From Harriotta raleighana (lineage: Eukaryota), in NCBI GenBank assembly GCA_050575255.1, contig JBNZDD010013568.1, positions 1,047,243-1,111,242 on the forward strand: a stretch of 64,000 nucleotides of DNA, given 5' to 3'. The notes beneath the pieces were generated by a model. That model made no database searches, was not told the origin of the DNA, and saw only the letters and a list, made by a program, of their open reading frames with translations. Shown piece after piece: positions 25,390 through 37,946 of the stretch (position 1 is the stretch's first letter; each line of letters starts with the position of its first letter). A program made the position numbers and the translations under genes.

Positions 25390-25419
25390 CTTATCATCGA
25401 TGTCGCTCTCACTGTCACA
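25390..25419 (-). CDS. FBRSL1: 30-nt internal coding exon (CDSESDIDDK) of an AUTS2-family gene, most likely fibrosin-like 1 (equivalent of exon 5)
   Basis: Minus strand reads actaattttttgcttttcctttttcgtacag|TGTGACAGTGAGAGCGACATCGATGATAAG|gtaaat: branch point, long pyrimidine tract, AG acceptor, GT donor, 30 nt, phase 0/0. The peptide matches recalled human FBRSL1 ...[24 protein letters not shown] (8/10) better than AUTS2 CDSDSDQEEK or FBRS CDAESDLDER. The equivalent AUTS2 exon is also 30 nt. Confidence 0.85.
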
Positions 25420-25825
25420 CTGTACGAAAAAGGAAAAGCAAAAAATTAGTTTCAGTTCTTCAACCCGATTGAAATACTTAACTGATATGTGGGACTGAAT
25501 AAGTAGTTGACTCAGGTTGCTAGAGGTTGTACAGTGCATTAAGTATTGTATTTTCAATAGCACAGATTATAGGACTGAAAACTCAATCAATTTATGATCA
25601 TCGAAGAGGATGTGAGAGGTTGAGGCATGAAATGGCTCGGTCTGTATCTGAGAACAGACCTGGTGACAGAGTGGGTTGGATAGAATGAGTGGCCTTGACA
25701 ATCATGGAGAACACAATCCTGCCACATCTCTTCTCTCGAGTCAGCGAGTAGCTCGTCCACAGTCAGGGCATCATCAATAGCCCCACATTGGCCCTCACAC
25801 ACACACGTTTTAGTGTAAAGTCATT

Positions 25826-25900
25826 GCAGCTGACATCAGCTATCTGACCACAGACTGGGGCTTCAGGAGACCTTCCTGTCCACGTGGCTCAGGTCTACAC
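25826..25900 (-). mobile_element. Fragment of a third, ancient SINE-like repeat (ttagctgatctcag family)
   Basis: Reverse complement gacaggaaggtctc...agtctgtggtcagatagctgatgtcag aligns with 43330-43390 (accaggaaagtctcagg...ggtctgtgccaagttagctgatctc). Weaker copies near 30520 and 36680. Confidence 0.45.
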
Positions 25901-28164
25901 TTCACAGGTGGATTTACCCTTTGGGCCAACCAATCTCCTAATAGGAATTCCATAGCCACTGATAGCGCTGATCAGCCAAACACCACGAGGAAACACAAAG
26001 TCAAATGATTTGATGCTGCACCACAATGTGACCTCAATTAAAACAATTTAATGATAAGTAGATAAAAGATAGTTTTTTCTCAGCTGCCAGCTTTTTAAAA
26101 AGTAAAAATACTAATAATTGTTTGACCCTGTGCAATGTAACGTGTGGCCTAACATTGAAAGTGAAGCCTGGAGGAAGCACACACCAACGAAAACAAAGAT
26201 TCAATTCATAAACGGCAATGTAGTGTTGTGTTAACCACGTGGGAGGAAAGGGCAGTTCACAGAGACAACATCTCATGGATCATATCCACAGGAACACAAT
26301 TCCATACGTAGACAAACTGGGCAATTCATTTCAGCTTCAGTCCCATAATAATAATAATAATAATACTAAACATAGCACATTAGTCACCCTAGCCATCCAA
26401 AGGCAATCAGAAGCCAAGACTGGTTAAGTATAAGACTGTAGAGAGAGGCTTTATGGATCCACACAGTGGGCTGTGGTTTACTGTTGACAGATTTGGGATC
26501 CCACCATTTTGTTTTTGCTTTCTTTCCTAGTGGAAATTAACATTTACAACCAGGCTCGTTCGCTGTTGCGCACAGTTGAATGATGAGCTCATATTACAAT
26601 ATTTTAGATGCAAAATATTTAGTAATCTCTTATACCATGTGCAGTCCATTAAATGGACATAAGAACGCTACCTGAGGTCAGCGGTGGGAGAGCAAGACTT
26701 CTACAAAGGAGGCCTCTTTCTCAACAAGGAGAATGGCTGGGGGAGGAAAGAAAAGCCCCCGCCACTTCCTTGCATGTTACACACATAGCTTATTCACATT
26801 CAGTGGAAATATGAATGTAGCCATGCATAATCAGATCTTAGTTGCTCAAGCAGTAGATTAACCAGAAGAACTGACATTGCATAAAAATAATATAATGATT
26901 TATTGCACTGTTTTGTTTCTCAAAATAATAAACCCTTTCCCTTAACAACCAATTTCACCGGGGGGTGGGGTGGTGTGGTGAGGGCGGGGAAATATAGAGA
27001 GTTTGTACAATCTCTCTATGAGACAATTACAAATCATTCTGTACTGAGGCAAATCATTCAGGCCTCGATATTCACCCACTTCCCTCCATTCCTCACTCTG
27101 TAGGTTTCCAACATCAACCTCTGCGCTTGGGAGCTGCCGTTCTGTGGAACAATACAAGAAATCCCACTCTTTTCCCTTGAACGATCAGCTGAAAGTTGGC
27201 CAGAGTGGGTCCATTCACTCCCCACTCCGCCCACAGGTTTGGGACATCACGAATGGTGGGAGCATCGTTGCTGACTGGTGCACCAAACTATTCCAATCCC
27301 TCTCTTTATCCACATTTAAAACCGCTTCCAGTACAAATAAAACACACATTGCGGGGGGAATGTTTTGCTCATGTTCCTTAATCAGTTTGAGAATATCAAG
27401 CTGGGGTTTGGAGATTCAAGCGATTAAAATAGGTTTCACCTTGTAACTCACCACACAGGGGGTGTCAGGTCAACGTAAATGTTACAAATGGAGTAAAGTT
27501 GGAGGAAGCATCCCCACAGAGCCTTGTAAGCAACATGCTGTTAATAATGCATTTGTGCATCCATATGATGCATGGGCTAGAGCCATACGAACTGGCTTCA
27601 ATTCCCAGCTGTGTCTGGATGTGAGAATGGTGAGCATACACGTACATTGTGCAGTGCTCACAGAACCACACTCATCCTATTTCACAAAAGTATCTGAACC
27701 AGCGGAAACGGTAAGGATTCTGGTTCCTACAGCTTCTCCATGATGAGGAACGCAGTCATTCAAAGGGATGAAAATGGGGTGGAAATGACAAGATACATTC
27801 AAAGTACTGTTTCCGTGGCTGAACACGCCGCAGTGTCGCTGTTGTTTTTCTGCTGTGAAAGGACAACACGTTTAATTTGTTGTCCTTGTTTCCTTTCTGA
27901 TTGTTTTACAGGTTTGATTTGAACCGATGCAAATTGTAGATTTTAACAAAAGCCCTTTCACAGCTTCCCGGGCGGGACACACAGTCACACACATGCCTCC
28001 CAGCCAATTGCCTCCCAGCCTCTCCTGAAAACTGTTTCTTTTTTCCTTCCACTGGGCACAGATCCCAAGTAATAGTCCACTCAGCTGCTTATCTGAGAGG
28101 TCCACTCTTTATGTGTGTCATCAGGTTAACGTATCCGCCTGAGCTCAATCCTGTGATCCACTTG

Positions 28165-28299
28165 CACACATTTACACTGTCGCGTTTCGCCCACAAAATA
28201 CAGTCAATTCACTTTACAGTATATTCTGTGAAGTGCTTTGAGATGTCTAGAAGAAGTGAAAAGCGCTATATCAACTGTAAGAATTATTATTATTGTTAT
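28165..28299 (+). mobile_element. SINE 3' fragment
   Basis: gtttcgcccacaaaatacagtcaattcactttacagtatattctgtgaagtgctttgag...(att)n. Confidence 0.85.
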
Positions 28300-30270
28300 C
28301 ACATACGTATAAGAACCAGGAGAGTTACTCCTGTCTGAGGTGAAAAGAGATTAGACATTAATCCTGGGTGTGAGAGAGATGTTGAGAAACCGTTAGGAAG
28401 ACTTGTCTGTGTTCAGGAGAGGAGGAGAGCGAGTACCATATACTGCAGACTTTTACTTTGTGGAATATTCACACGGCTTCAAACTGGATTTCAAAGAACT
28501 AAAAGGAAGTGGTCAGGGAGCACGATCACACAGGGACACAATCATGCAGTTGTCCCACAGTAAACCCAGCTCAATGCAGGAGTGACTCTGCGGGTCTTTG
28601 AGCTGCTGTGCAACACCCTTCAGAGTGCGAGCCTCTGCTCAGCCATTGATCTGAACCAAAGTTCACAGGCACAAGGAGTGGAAGGCGTTCAGCGGGCAGG
28701 ACAGAATGAGTGACACACGAGTCCTGTTGTCCTGTGGCAGTGGCGTTGGTGTGAGAGCAGATAACCAGGGGTTTGGCCCCCAAAAAGGTCCACGAGATGA
28801 GAAGAAGTGATATCGGAAGGTGTGCGCGCCCTTCATTACACACGAAACAGCCTCTGACAAAAGTGCAGGCACAATCTGATCTGAAGCGAATTGTTTATTG
28901 CTCCTCCTTAATGAAGCAAACAACACAACGTGCAACCCTGGCCATGTTACCACATGTCTGTGGTATGGTTCCCACAGACAGCCTGACACACAGAAGGAGC
29001 ATTGTTATAAATCTAATTGTAATTAGTTTTAATATGAATCGTTGTTTTATTGTTAATGTAGATGTCTGCTTTTCAGCCATTTCCATCCAAATGGGCAAGG
29101 CTTTTCCAGTGCTTGTTGCAACCTCCCCCCCTCCCCCCCCCCCATATTTATGGGTCATCCTACAGAAATGTCAAGAGTTTAAATATGTTAAATATTGTCT
29201 TAACTGCTTTCTGCAGCAAACTACACTAGGATCAGACAATACAGACAATTAATTGGTATAATAGACACAATTGCCCTTAAGGATCAGGTCTTATCAGGAG
29301 TGCAGGACACCGCGTGAGCCTCAGCGTTCGCTGATCTAAACTCCGGACCACAGGCTGTCCAGCTCCGTCATCCGACGTTAAACACGGTTTGAAATCGCAC
29401 TTGCTGGCTTCACACCGAGGCAGCACAACGTGGTGGCTTCACACAAAGCAAGCCCATGGAGCTGAGTGTCTCTGTCATGTGTGCAGTTACCGCGACTGTA
29501 AATTGTAAAATGGGTTGGCATTTGATGAACGCTGATTATTGGCCAGTTGCTGGGTCCTCTTGTATATAACCTCCAACTAAATCACATGTTAAAGTTTCAT
29601 TTCCATCTACACATGCATTTTAATGTTTAGTGAAGGGTTTGAAGGGTCGTTGCACATTAATGTAATGAGATATTTATGTAATATCTTTCACACTGAATCA
29701 CCACTGCCTAAACATGAACCTGAACCTCATCCAGACTGTCGGCCCTCAGCCCCGTCCACAAACAAGAACCACATCTACACCCAAGTTCAGAATCTGATCC
29801 CAACTCCATTCGGAGCACATAAGCAAACAAGTATAATAAGGCAAGGTAACAGTGAAATGGGCACTTTTCGACTCCAGGTCTCAAACTCTGCCAACTGCAA
29901 AACACACACTCAACAGTACATGGGATTGTACCCTTCCATTTCATTAATCAATTCACATCACCTCACTCCCCCAGGGACACACGTCATCTCACTTCCCCCG
30001 GCACATACAACCCAAGAAGTGCACAAGCTTTATATCCAAATGTGGGTGCCTTGTCAATACATCAATTTACAACCATTATTCCTGCCTGACTGATATGATA
30101 ATCAAATAGTAACTTGCATTTCTGTTTTGCTTTTTTGCTTTAAACCGTCCCCAAATTAGGTTTTACCAAGTACTGTATAAAGAGACGTGTGTGTGGCAAG
30201 AGGAGAAGCCAGTAATCGTTTCCATAGAATAAATCATGCGATTGTCTTACCCATCATAAACATTTCATAT

Positions 30271-30408
30271 AATAAATAATCCTTGAATTTGGTATATAAT
30301 GCCTTATCACATCTTCCAGATGTCTCAAAGCGTTTCACAGAATATACTGTAAAATGAATTGATTGCATATTTTGTGGGCGAAACACGACAGCTAATTGCG
30401 CACAGCAA
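30271..30408 (-). mobile_element. SINE 3' fragment
   Basis: Collinear with the family tail (gtctcaaagcgtttcacagaatatactgt...aattgcgcacagc). Confidence 0.85.
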
Positions 30409-33400
30409 TGAATACATAAGAGTTCTCACCTCTTCTGCCTCCCCCTCACCAACCCACCCCAACCCCCCTACCATGGGTCACTGAGATCATCCAGTCAGTA
30501 ACAGCGTCAGACACACCTCAGTCAGGCTCGGCTGGTATGGAGTTAGCTGATCTGAGGTGACAGGGTCGACAGAAGGGGTGCAAACAGTTGCCCTCAGTAT
30601 TGTTAAACACGAGGAACATATAGCAGGAGGATGGATTATAACAGTGTTAAAAAAATAAAGCTTATTAGGAAGGATTTTGTAAGGTAAGGATATCTTTCTT
30701 TCAGTCATCATACATTTTGTTGGAGGGGAAGAAGGGTAATGTAATAGCGTTTCCGTAGTAGTTTAATTTGTGCAGATGTGTCTGCGAAAATCAAGAAAAC
30801 AAGCTCTTTTGGCACATTGAAGGAAATAGGAACTCGAACAGTTAGTTTTAGGTTTCAGACAAACTGAGAACACAGAGATATCTGTAATGAAAGACGTTCA
30901 GTCAGATATAAAAGAAAATGTTTGAAAACTTGAGTTTAACAGGACAATTCAGCTTCTATGGAATACATTGTTAAATGCCCCCCTTTTTTTTTCTTTCCCT
31001 TTTCCATTCAAGCTACAAAGAAAAGACCTTGAATAAAGGAAAGAAAAGGAGGAAGATCGAAACGGCGCCTTGTGTTGTGAGAGAGTCCAAATGTATAATT
31101 AAGTAAATGGGAGAGACTTCAAACTGACCCCAAGAATTCACAGGAGGCTCTCGAGAATCTTTCCTGAGGTATTCAAAACGATGAACAAAACTGGGACTGT
31201 CAAATCTGGTGTAAGTCAGACAACTCATTTCTGCTTCAGTTCTGCCAAAGGAATGTTAGCACTGGTGGGGGTGGGGGAAAGGGGGTGGGTGGGGGGGGGG
31301 GGGAGAGAGAGAGGCTGGCCATCACCTCCCACACAGCCCTTGTCAGTGGCTGAAAGACTCGTGTCAAAATAAGAAGTTAAAGAAATCTGAAGAATGGTAA
31401 CTGTTGACAGCAACAGAGCGTGTTGAAAGATAAAGGAGTCCATTACCTGGATTTTCCTCCTACTGTTAACACCTGCTCCAACACAAGTCTCTAAACACAC
31501 CATTGTCCCCTTCTGCAATGCCGTCCACATAAAAGCTAGTGGGGATTATTCACTTTTAATTCTTAAAGGAATGTTTGCAAAACAGCCTCTAATTATGTGT
31601 TGTGGCAACAGTTTCCTCCCATGATGGCTTCCAGCAGGAGCCAGGCCAAGGGAGGATTTGGGGAGTTTATTCATGAACTGACTGGGCTGGCAAACTCACT
31701 GATGGGACTGATTTAGGGCAAGAGGGGAAGAGGAGATTATTTACTAAACATTCTGACACACAAACTAGTTAATGGGACCCAGCCGGGGAGTTCTCGGCAG
31801 CAGACAAGCTGACAGAGAAACCTGCTAATGGGACTTGGAACACAAGGAGGACAGAAAGTGCCAAAATATTAGGCTACCGCAAAGTGCCACAGGGGCAACT
31901 GATTTATGGCTGCAATTTCGTTGCAGTGTCCTTTATAAAGTCCCTCTAGCCTCGGCAATGATAGGTTACTGCTTGCTCTATCAAGGGGAGGGAATCTGCA
32001 GCAATGTGTTTCCCTGCCTGCTCTTTGCAGCCTCGCACGTGCAGACAATTGCCAAGAATGGAAGGAAATAAAATGTTGACTTGAACTTGCCCCGGGCAAA
32101 AATAGAGCCTTGTCTCAGCTTCAGTGGGTCTTAGACAGTTTGATGAAACATGCAGTGGCTTCCCCAAGGCCTGGCCAGCAGACAGTGAACGCTGAGATAG
32201 CAATGGAAGAAACAGATTGAGCCTCGGGGCAGCACTCTGTTCTGCTGCTCTCTGGGGGTTTACCAGCACTACAGATGTAGATGCTGAATTTCTTTGTGCT
32301 CTATGTGTATGTGAAAGCAGAAAGAAGAGCATATTAGTTATGGCAACCAAATGTAGCCAAGGGCATTAGAACTAATTTTAAGGGGGCAATGAAGCATCCT
32401 ACAGTCCCTTCGCACATCAGTCAGGAGGGACCCCCTGTCGTAGAACGACAGTTAAGGGACATTTTGTTAAGTGACCATAAAAAGCTGTCATCTGTGGGCA
32501 TGTAAATGAATAGTTGAACCATGAGGACAGTTTATACGAAGCTTGGACCCTGCTTTAGCCTTGTATCACATTGAGAACTTTGTTTTTATAGCACTCATGA
32601 ATATATAAAGAAGACATAAGACAACTAATTGTCTGCAGTTCAACATGAAAGAAAGTCCTGTGAGAGTACAGAGCAGATCTATCAGAATTGCAAAGAAGGG
32701 AAGAATAAAACAACCTATTTGATTCTAAGATAAAAGCTTTGGGACTTCGCTCACAGCTTATAGCCTAAATCCAAATAAATAATTTAAGAAACATCACGAA
32801 AAAAAAAGAGAGAAACAGAATACGTAAGACAGGGGCTAACCAGTCTGAGGCCCAATGCACTGAGCTTCATGAAAGAGGAATTCATCAGGGGAGAAAATAG
32901 CCACGTGAATCCAAGCAGATGGTCATGGAAACGGACTCACAGCACTTCCTATGCAGCACTTAAGGTCACCAGCTTCTGTATGGTTTGCCAGCCCAGATGG
33001 GCCTACCATCAGCAGACACCCTGCGGGGTTCCTTTAGTGCCTTCCATCAATGGGCCCTATTCTTCTCCGCTCCCAGATTTGTAATGCTGACCACATGTGG
33101 ACAACGCAACAAAGTTGGCATTATCGAGCCCCCAGTCTAAATTTGTTTGCAATCCTGCTCCCGGCTGACCTCCCAAAACAAACGGTGAACCAGGGGTCAC
33201 CGAGGCTGTTATCTGACTAAGATGATCTGAGCTAACTGGTTGAAAGTGAGGCCGGCCTCCTCCACACAGCGTTGCTACTGTCAACATCACACAAAATGTC
33301 ACTCCAGCCCTAGAGGCCAACAGAAGCACAACTGCTAAAATTTACACAGATCCCTTTAGGTTTGTCTAACACTCCATTTCCTGTCTTTTATTTGGTGATT

Positions 33401-33950
33401 TGAGGAGGGACCACAAGGCTATTTTTTTTCTCTTCAGAGAATGAATAGCAGGACAAAATCAAAACATTCATCTGGGATGGGGTTTATCTTTATAACATGC
33501 GCTCACAAACCCTGAAATTCAATTCAGTTCTACCTACACAGGGAAGAAATGAACAATGTGAGTGACTCCAAGTATCTATCTATGTCCATTTTATATCCTG
33601 CGCAAAAGCTTATTATTCACTCCAGGCAGGTGGAGCTTTGGCACTCAGCTGATCACCAAAACAGCGACATTGATGTTAGATTTAGCCTCAGGGTTGGGCT
33701 GAGGCTGAATATCGTTCATCCACAACTCGTGCTGTCGGGTGTCAAACAATCCATGTTTGTGAACATCACGGAACCAGCCACTGACGTCACTCATGTGGAA
33801 GGCTCTACTGAGCTCTAACCACTGTCCTGCTACCTAAATAACACACCAAACCCAGACACCTTACAGCTACCGGCAATCACATAGAGGCCAAACGGCTGGA
33901 CATTTCTGTTTCCATGCAAGACAGCGATTACATTCACATGCTTTACCACT

Positions 33951-34282
33951 ATAATAATAATAATCCTTGCATTTGATATAGCGCTTTTCACATCTTATCA
34001 ACGTCCCAAAGCGCTTCACAGAATATACTGTAAAGTGAATTGACTGTATATTTGTGGGCGGAACGTGGCAGCCAATTGCGCACAGCAGCGTCCCCCACAA
34101 ACAGTCATAGATTGAAATGACCAATTTTATTATTGTAGTTTTTTTGGAGGGATTATTATTAGGCGTGTGGAGTAAGGAAACTTGCCCAAGGTTTCGCCCT
34201 GATCTCCCTGGATTCGAACACAGGTCTCATGCTTGTAAGGCATGTAAGGCGAGTGCTCTAACCACTGAGCCACAGGAGCTCC
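33951..34282 (-). mobile_element. Full-length young tRNA-derived SINE (~330 bp)
   Basis: Head ggagctcctgtggctcagtggttagagcactcgccttaca (A box) ... gttcgaatcc (B box), body ccttgggcaagtttcc, Deu-like 3' part, L2-type tail and (ATT)n. It has a 9-bp tandem duplication in the anticodon region. Confidence 0.92.
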
Positions 34283-37200
34283 ACTACTGTACCATGGACT
34301 GAACTAACCCAGGTTTCAACACTAAAGCAGCTCCATTTCAGCATCACTGTTAGTGGGAGCCACAGTGAGCTGTGTGCAGAGAAACTGAATACCTTCACTA
34401 ACAGAGCCAGTGACTCTCCACCCTGCTCCCTGCACACATCGGACATCAGCACCTCCACTCTGTGACCCTCTAAATCCGAAGCCAACACCAGATCTCACTT
34501 CTATTCCTGCGACTTAACTGGTTCCAATCCCTTGCTGTGTGGACCTGTGCTCACAGGACAATCTTTCATTGCTCTGTATGAAATGCGTCATCAATTTTAG
34601 TGAATCTGAATTATGCGCTTGACGAGTGTGCATTGAGTGTTGGAATGACAGAAGACATTTATTCTGAAATGGCGGAATCGCGACACGGTTGCAAGTCAGC
34701 GCTTTTGGTCTCAATGTTTTGAAGGTCTTTTGCATCTGAAATTGACAGAAATTGAGGCCACATATGAATCTAACCATCTTGCCCACCGCACACTGTACAG
34801 AAGCAAAGCTCTACTGAAACTGTAACACAAAGGCTTGAGATTATCAGCACAAAATTATTTACAATACTGGACATATATTGTGAAAGTGGGAAGGAGAATT
34901 ACTTAGTGTCTTAAAAATCCGAGCAATGTCTGTGAAATGTTTGCAGAAGGCAACATCATAATAGACCTTTTCTCCCTCCCCCCTCCCCAATTTGTGTTCA
35001 ATGGGAAGCAAATACATTTTATTAGAAAAATATCACAAGAGGAAGTGGTAACCAATTGCTTTCATTCAATGCAAACAGATTTGGAGCAGCTCAAGGCTGT
35101 TCATTGTTAATTAAAGTTATACCCTGCCTACCACAGAATCCCTGCCCGCCACCGCGTTTTAAAATTTACATTAAAAATGAAAGTCTGACACGACAGTAGG
35201 TTATTTTGTCCCTCTTCATTATAACTGTCAAGTTCCTTTATTTTACACTCACTGCAATATCATACATTGTGTCATTCATTTCCTTTTCATTAAGCAGACC
35301 TTGGGCTAGTTGTGTGCAGCCCAGATACGCTGCCTATTATTCCTCAGCTCCATTGAAATTCCACACAGCACTTGCAATTATGGTCCTCTCATCTTAAATG
35401 AATTATATTTCTGAAAATAAATCTTCTGAACTACAGACTTGGCTATCTGGCATCAGTCAGGCACATACATTACTGGTTTTTAAATGTTTAACTGCACTTG
35501 ATTAATATAGGTAATCAAATTATATTGCCTTCAATTCCACTTTCAAATTCATGGCTATGATGTCTTCAATGACAAAGCTGGAAGCATTACACGGAAATGC
35601 ACTTCTTGCCACACTAGGCAGTTATTACAGCAGTAAAATTGCTATATACCCATCTAAGAATCGTATTTAATAAAAAATCCAGGTTTTTCTGGACGGAACT
35701 TAACCCTTCGAGTTCTGAACATATCAGATAAATTGGGCAGCCCGTCAGTGCATTTCCAGAGGGTGAAAGTACATTAATAACTTTTACACATCAGCGCTGT
35801 CAATCAGTAGCATATACAGCTGATCTAGTGTATGTATGTTGGGAGGGTTGGGTGGGTGGGTGGAGTATGGTTGGGAGAGTAAGTGTTAAATTGACAAATG
35901 ATCACCTTTCATCAGGAAAGCTGATCATGATATCAATCCCACAGACCCTCTGGCTTGCTCCACCCTTGGCGGGATGAGGAGCAGGCCAGAGCAGAGGGAG
36001 CAGACAGAATGGTAGAGGATTAGCAGGTCTGAAGAACCGACTGTAAAGGGTTACAGCCAGAAACGCACACAATCGAGAATCCATCATGAAACAGATATCA
36101 AGATTTTCCTATGACACATGGAAGCTTTTATGACGATTGGCTGGCTACCTTCTCTCCTGCCTTGTAGATATAAGAGACAAGGGGACTTTTTTTACAACAG
36201 GAATTTATGGCAGTGAACACACCTTGTAAATCCACCTGTGCAGTTTGGGACTCTTTGTTGCTGAGAGATTTAGATTTAGTGTTTGATTTCGCATTCTCGG
36301 TTTGGTTTCATTTTTTGCACATCAATACAATTTCCACATTAAAGCAAATATTCCACAGGGAATAGTAACGTATGCTGGAGACTCCTGTAATCAAGCTGTG
36401 GAACCAGCCTTCTTCTGGAACATATGCTCAGTGTTTTCTGATTGGAAGAGGCAGCAATGTGGTTCCAATTGTTTCAGCTCGCAGTGTAATCCCCCACTTA
36501 AATGTACCTCCTGTTGCTTCTATTGGAACAGGTCAGAGAGAATGGGGAGAAGGCAGAGAGGGAGCTATTTGATCCAGAGAATGAGGAACCTGACACCCAG
36601 AGTGAGTTAGCCCACCATTCTCTTGACAATCAACACAGTTTTCATAGTCGGTAAACACACTGGACAAGAGTGGGTGGGCCCGGCCGAGGGTTAGCTGATC
36701 TCAAACCGGGAGTGGGGGGGTGGGTGGGAGTGGGGGCTGAACACCACCTTGCTGGGTGATCGACACCTACTCCACATCCCACAATTATTGAGGTAAGAAC
36801 TATACCGTGGATGATTCCAGACAAACTGCAGCAAAAAACAATAAAGGTTTGGATTATTATAAATTACAAGTTGAAAGATGTGCTGTGGAACATAACCTTA
36901 ATCAGCTTCACACACGGCGCGACAGGCCACCCAAACAGACGTGCTGACAACCGCCGAGGCTAGCATTAGCACCAACTACCAACAGATGAAAGTGAAGTCA
37001 CAGGAGCATTTTATCAGACATTCCATTCCTTGTCTTGTCTATCCATATAAAGAGAGGTACGAGCTGACCTAAGCCAACTATGCTTTTATTATTCATATAA
37101 ATGATCCCAGATAAATTTCAACGTTTACTATGAATCCATTAAGCTGTCTCTCTGTTCTGTAGACAGCCCTACTGGCTACAAGCAGACACAGAACCGACTT

Positions 37201-37864
37201 CCAAACATCCTGGAATATGAATTGTGGTTTTCACAGCCGACTCACTTCATGAACTTCTATCTGAGATGTCAATACAAAGCACACAGCAAATATCAAATGT
37301 AGACGGCGTCCCAAAATAACAGAACAGTCAGTGATCGAGTCCACAAGGAACAGTTAAGGTTTCTATGTGCAAAGTGGTACAGATCTAACTGTTCACCTTT
37401 ACATGGGGAGGTTAGTATGCCTCAGTGTCCAACAAATTAGCCTGTCTGGTGCAAAATGAATTGTGTCAGTTCTCAGCCAGAAACTGGTGGGCATGTCTTT
37501 ATTCTCATCTTAACACTTCCTTGAGGAATTGCCCCAGAGCCCAACTGCCACCTCGGATCAGCAATCAACCTCCTCCCGTCAATTGCCAGCTGAAGTTAGT
37601 CAATACGTTCTGAGCCACCGAGCGAGCGGCTTCCATTGGAAGTCATTGTATTAACAGAAATACCACAAGACGTGTCCATCTTAAGGAACAGAATCAAACC
37701 AAAATGCTCTCAACTGGAGTTTCTCTGGCGCAATGACGTTGGCAGGCACTAACAAAAGTAAGCTTTTACTATTGTAGAAATTCGCTGGGGGAACGATCTT
37801 TTAAACATTAAAATGGTTCAAAAAATTGGCACTAAAAGTGGCTGTAAAAGCTCCCCCTGTTAAG

Positions 37865-37946
37865 ACTTCCAGCGCCTTGGGACGATGAGATTGGGACGTC
37901 CTCCTAACGTGAAAGGTACTATATAAGTGTAATTTTGTTGTTGTTG
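37865..37946 (+). mobile_element. L2-type tail fragment
   Basis: agcgccttgggacg...acgtgaaaggtactatataagtgtaatt(ttg)n. Confidence 0.65.
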
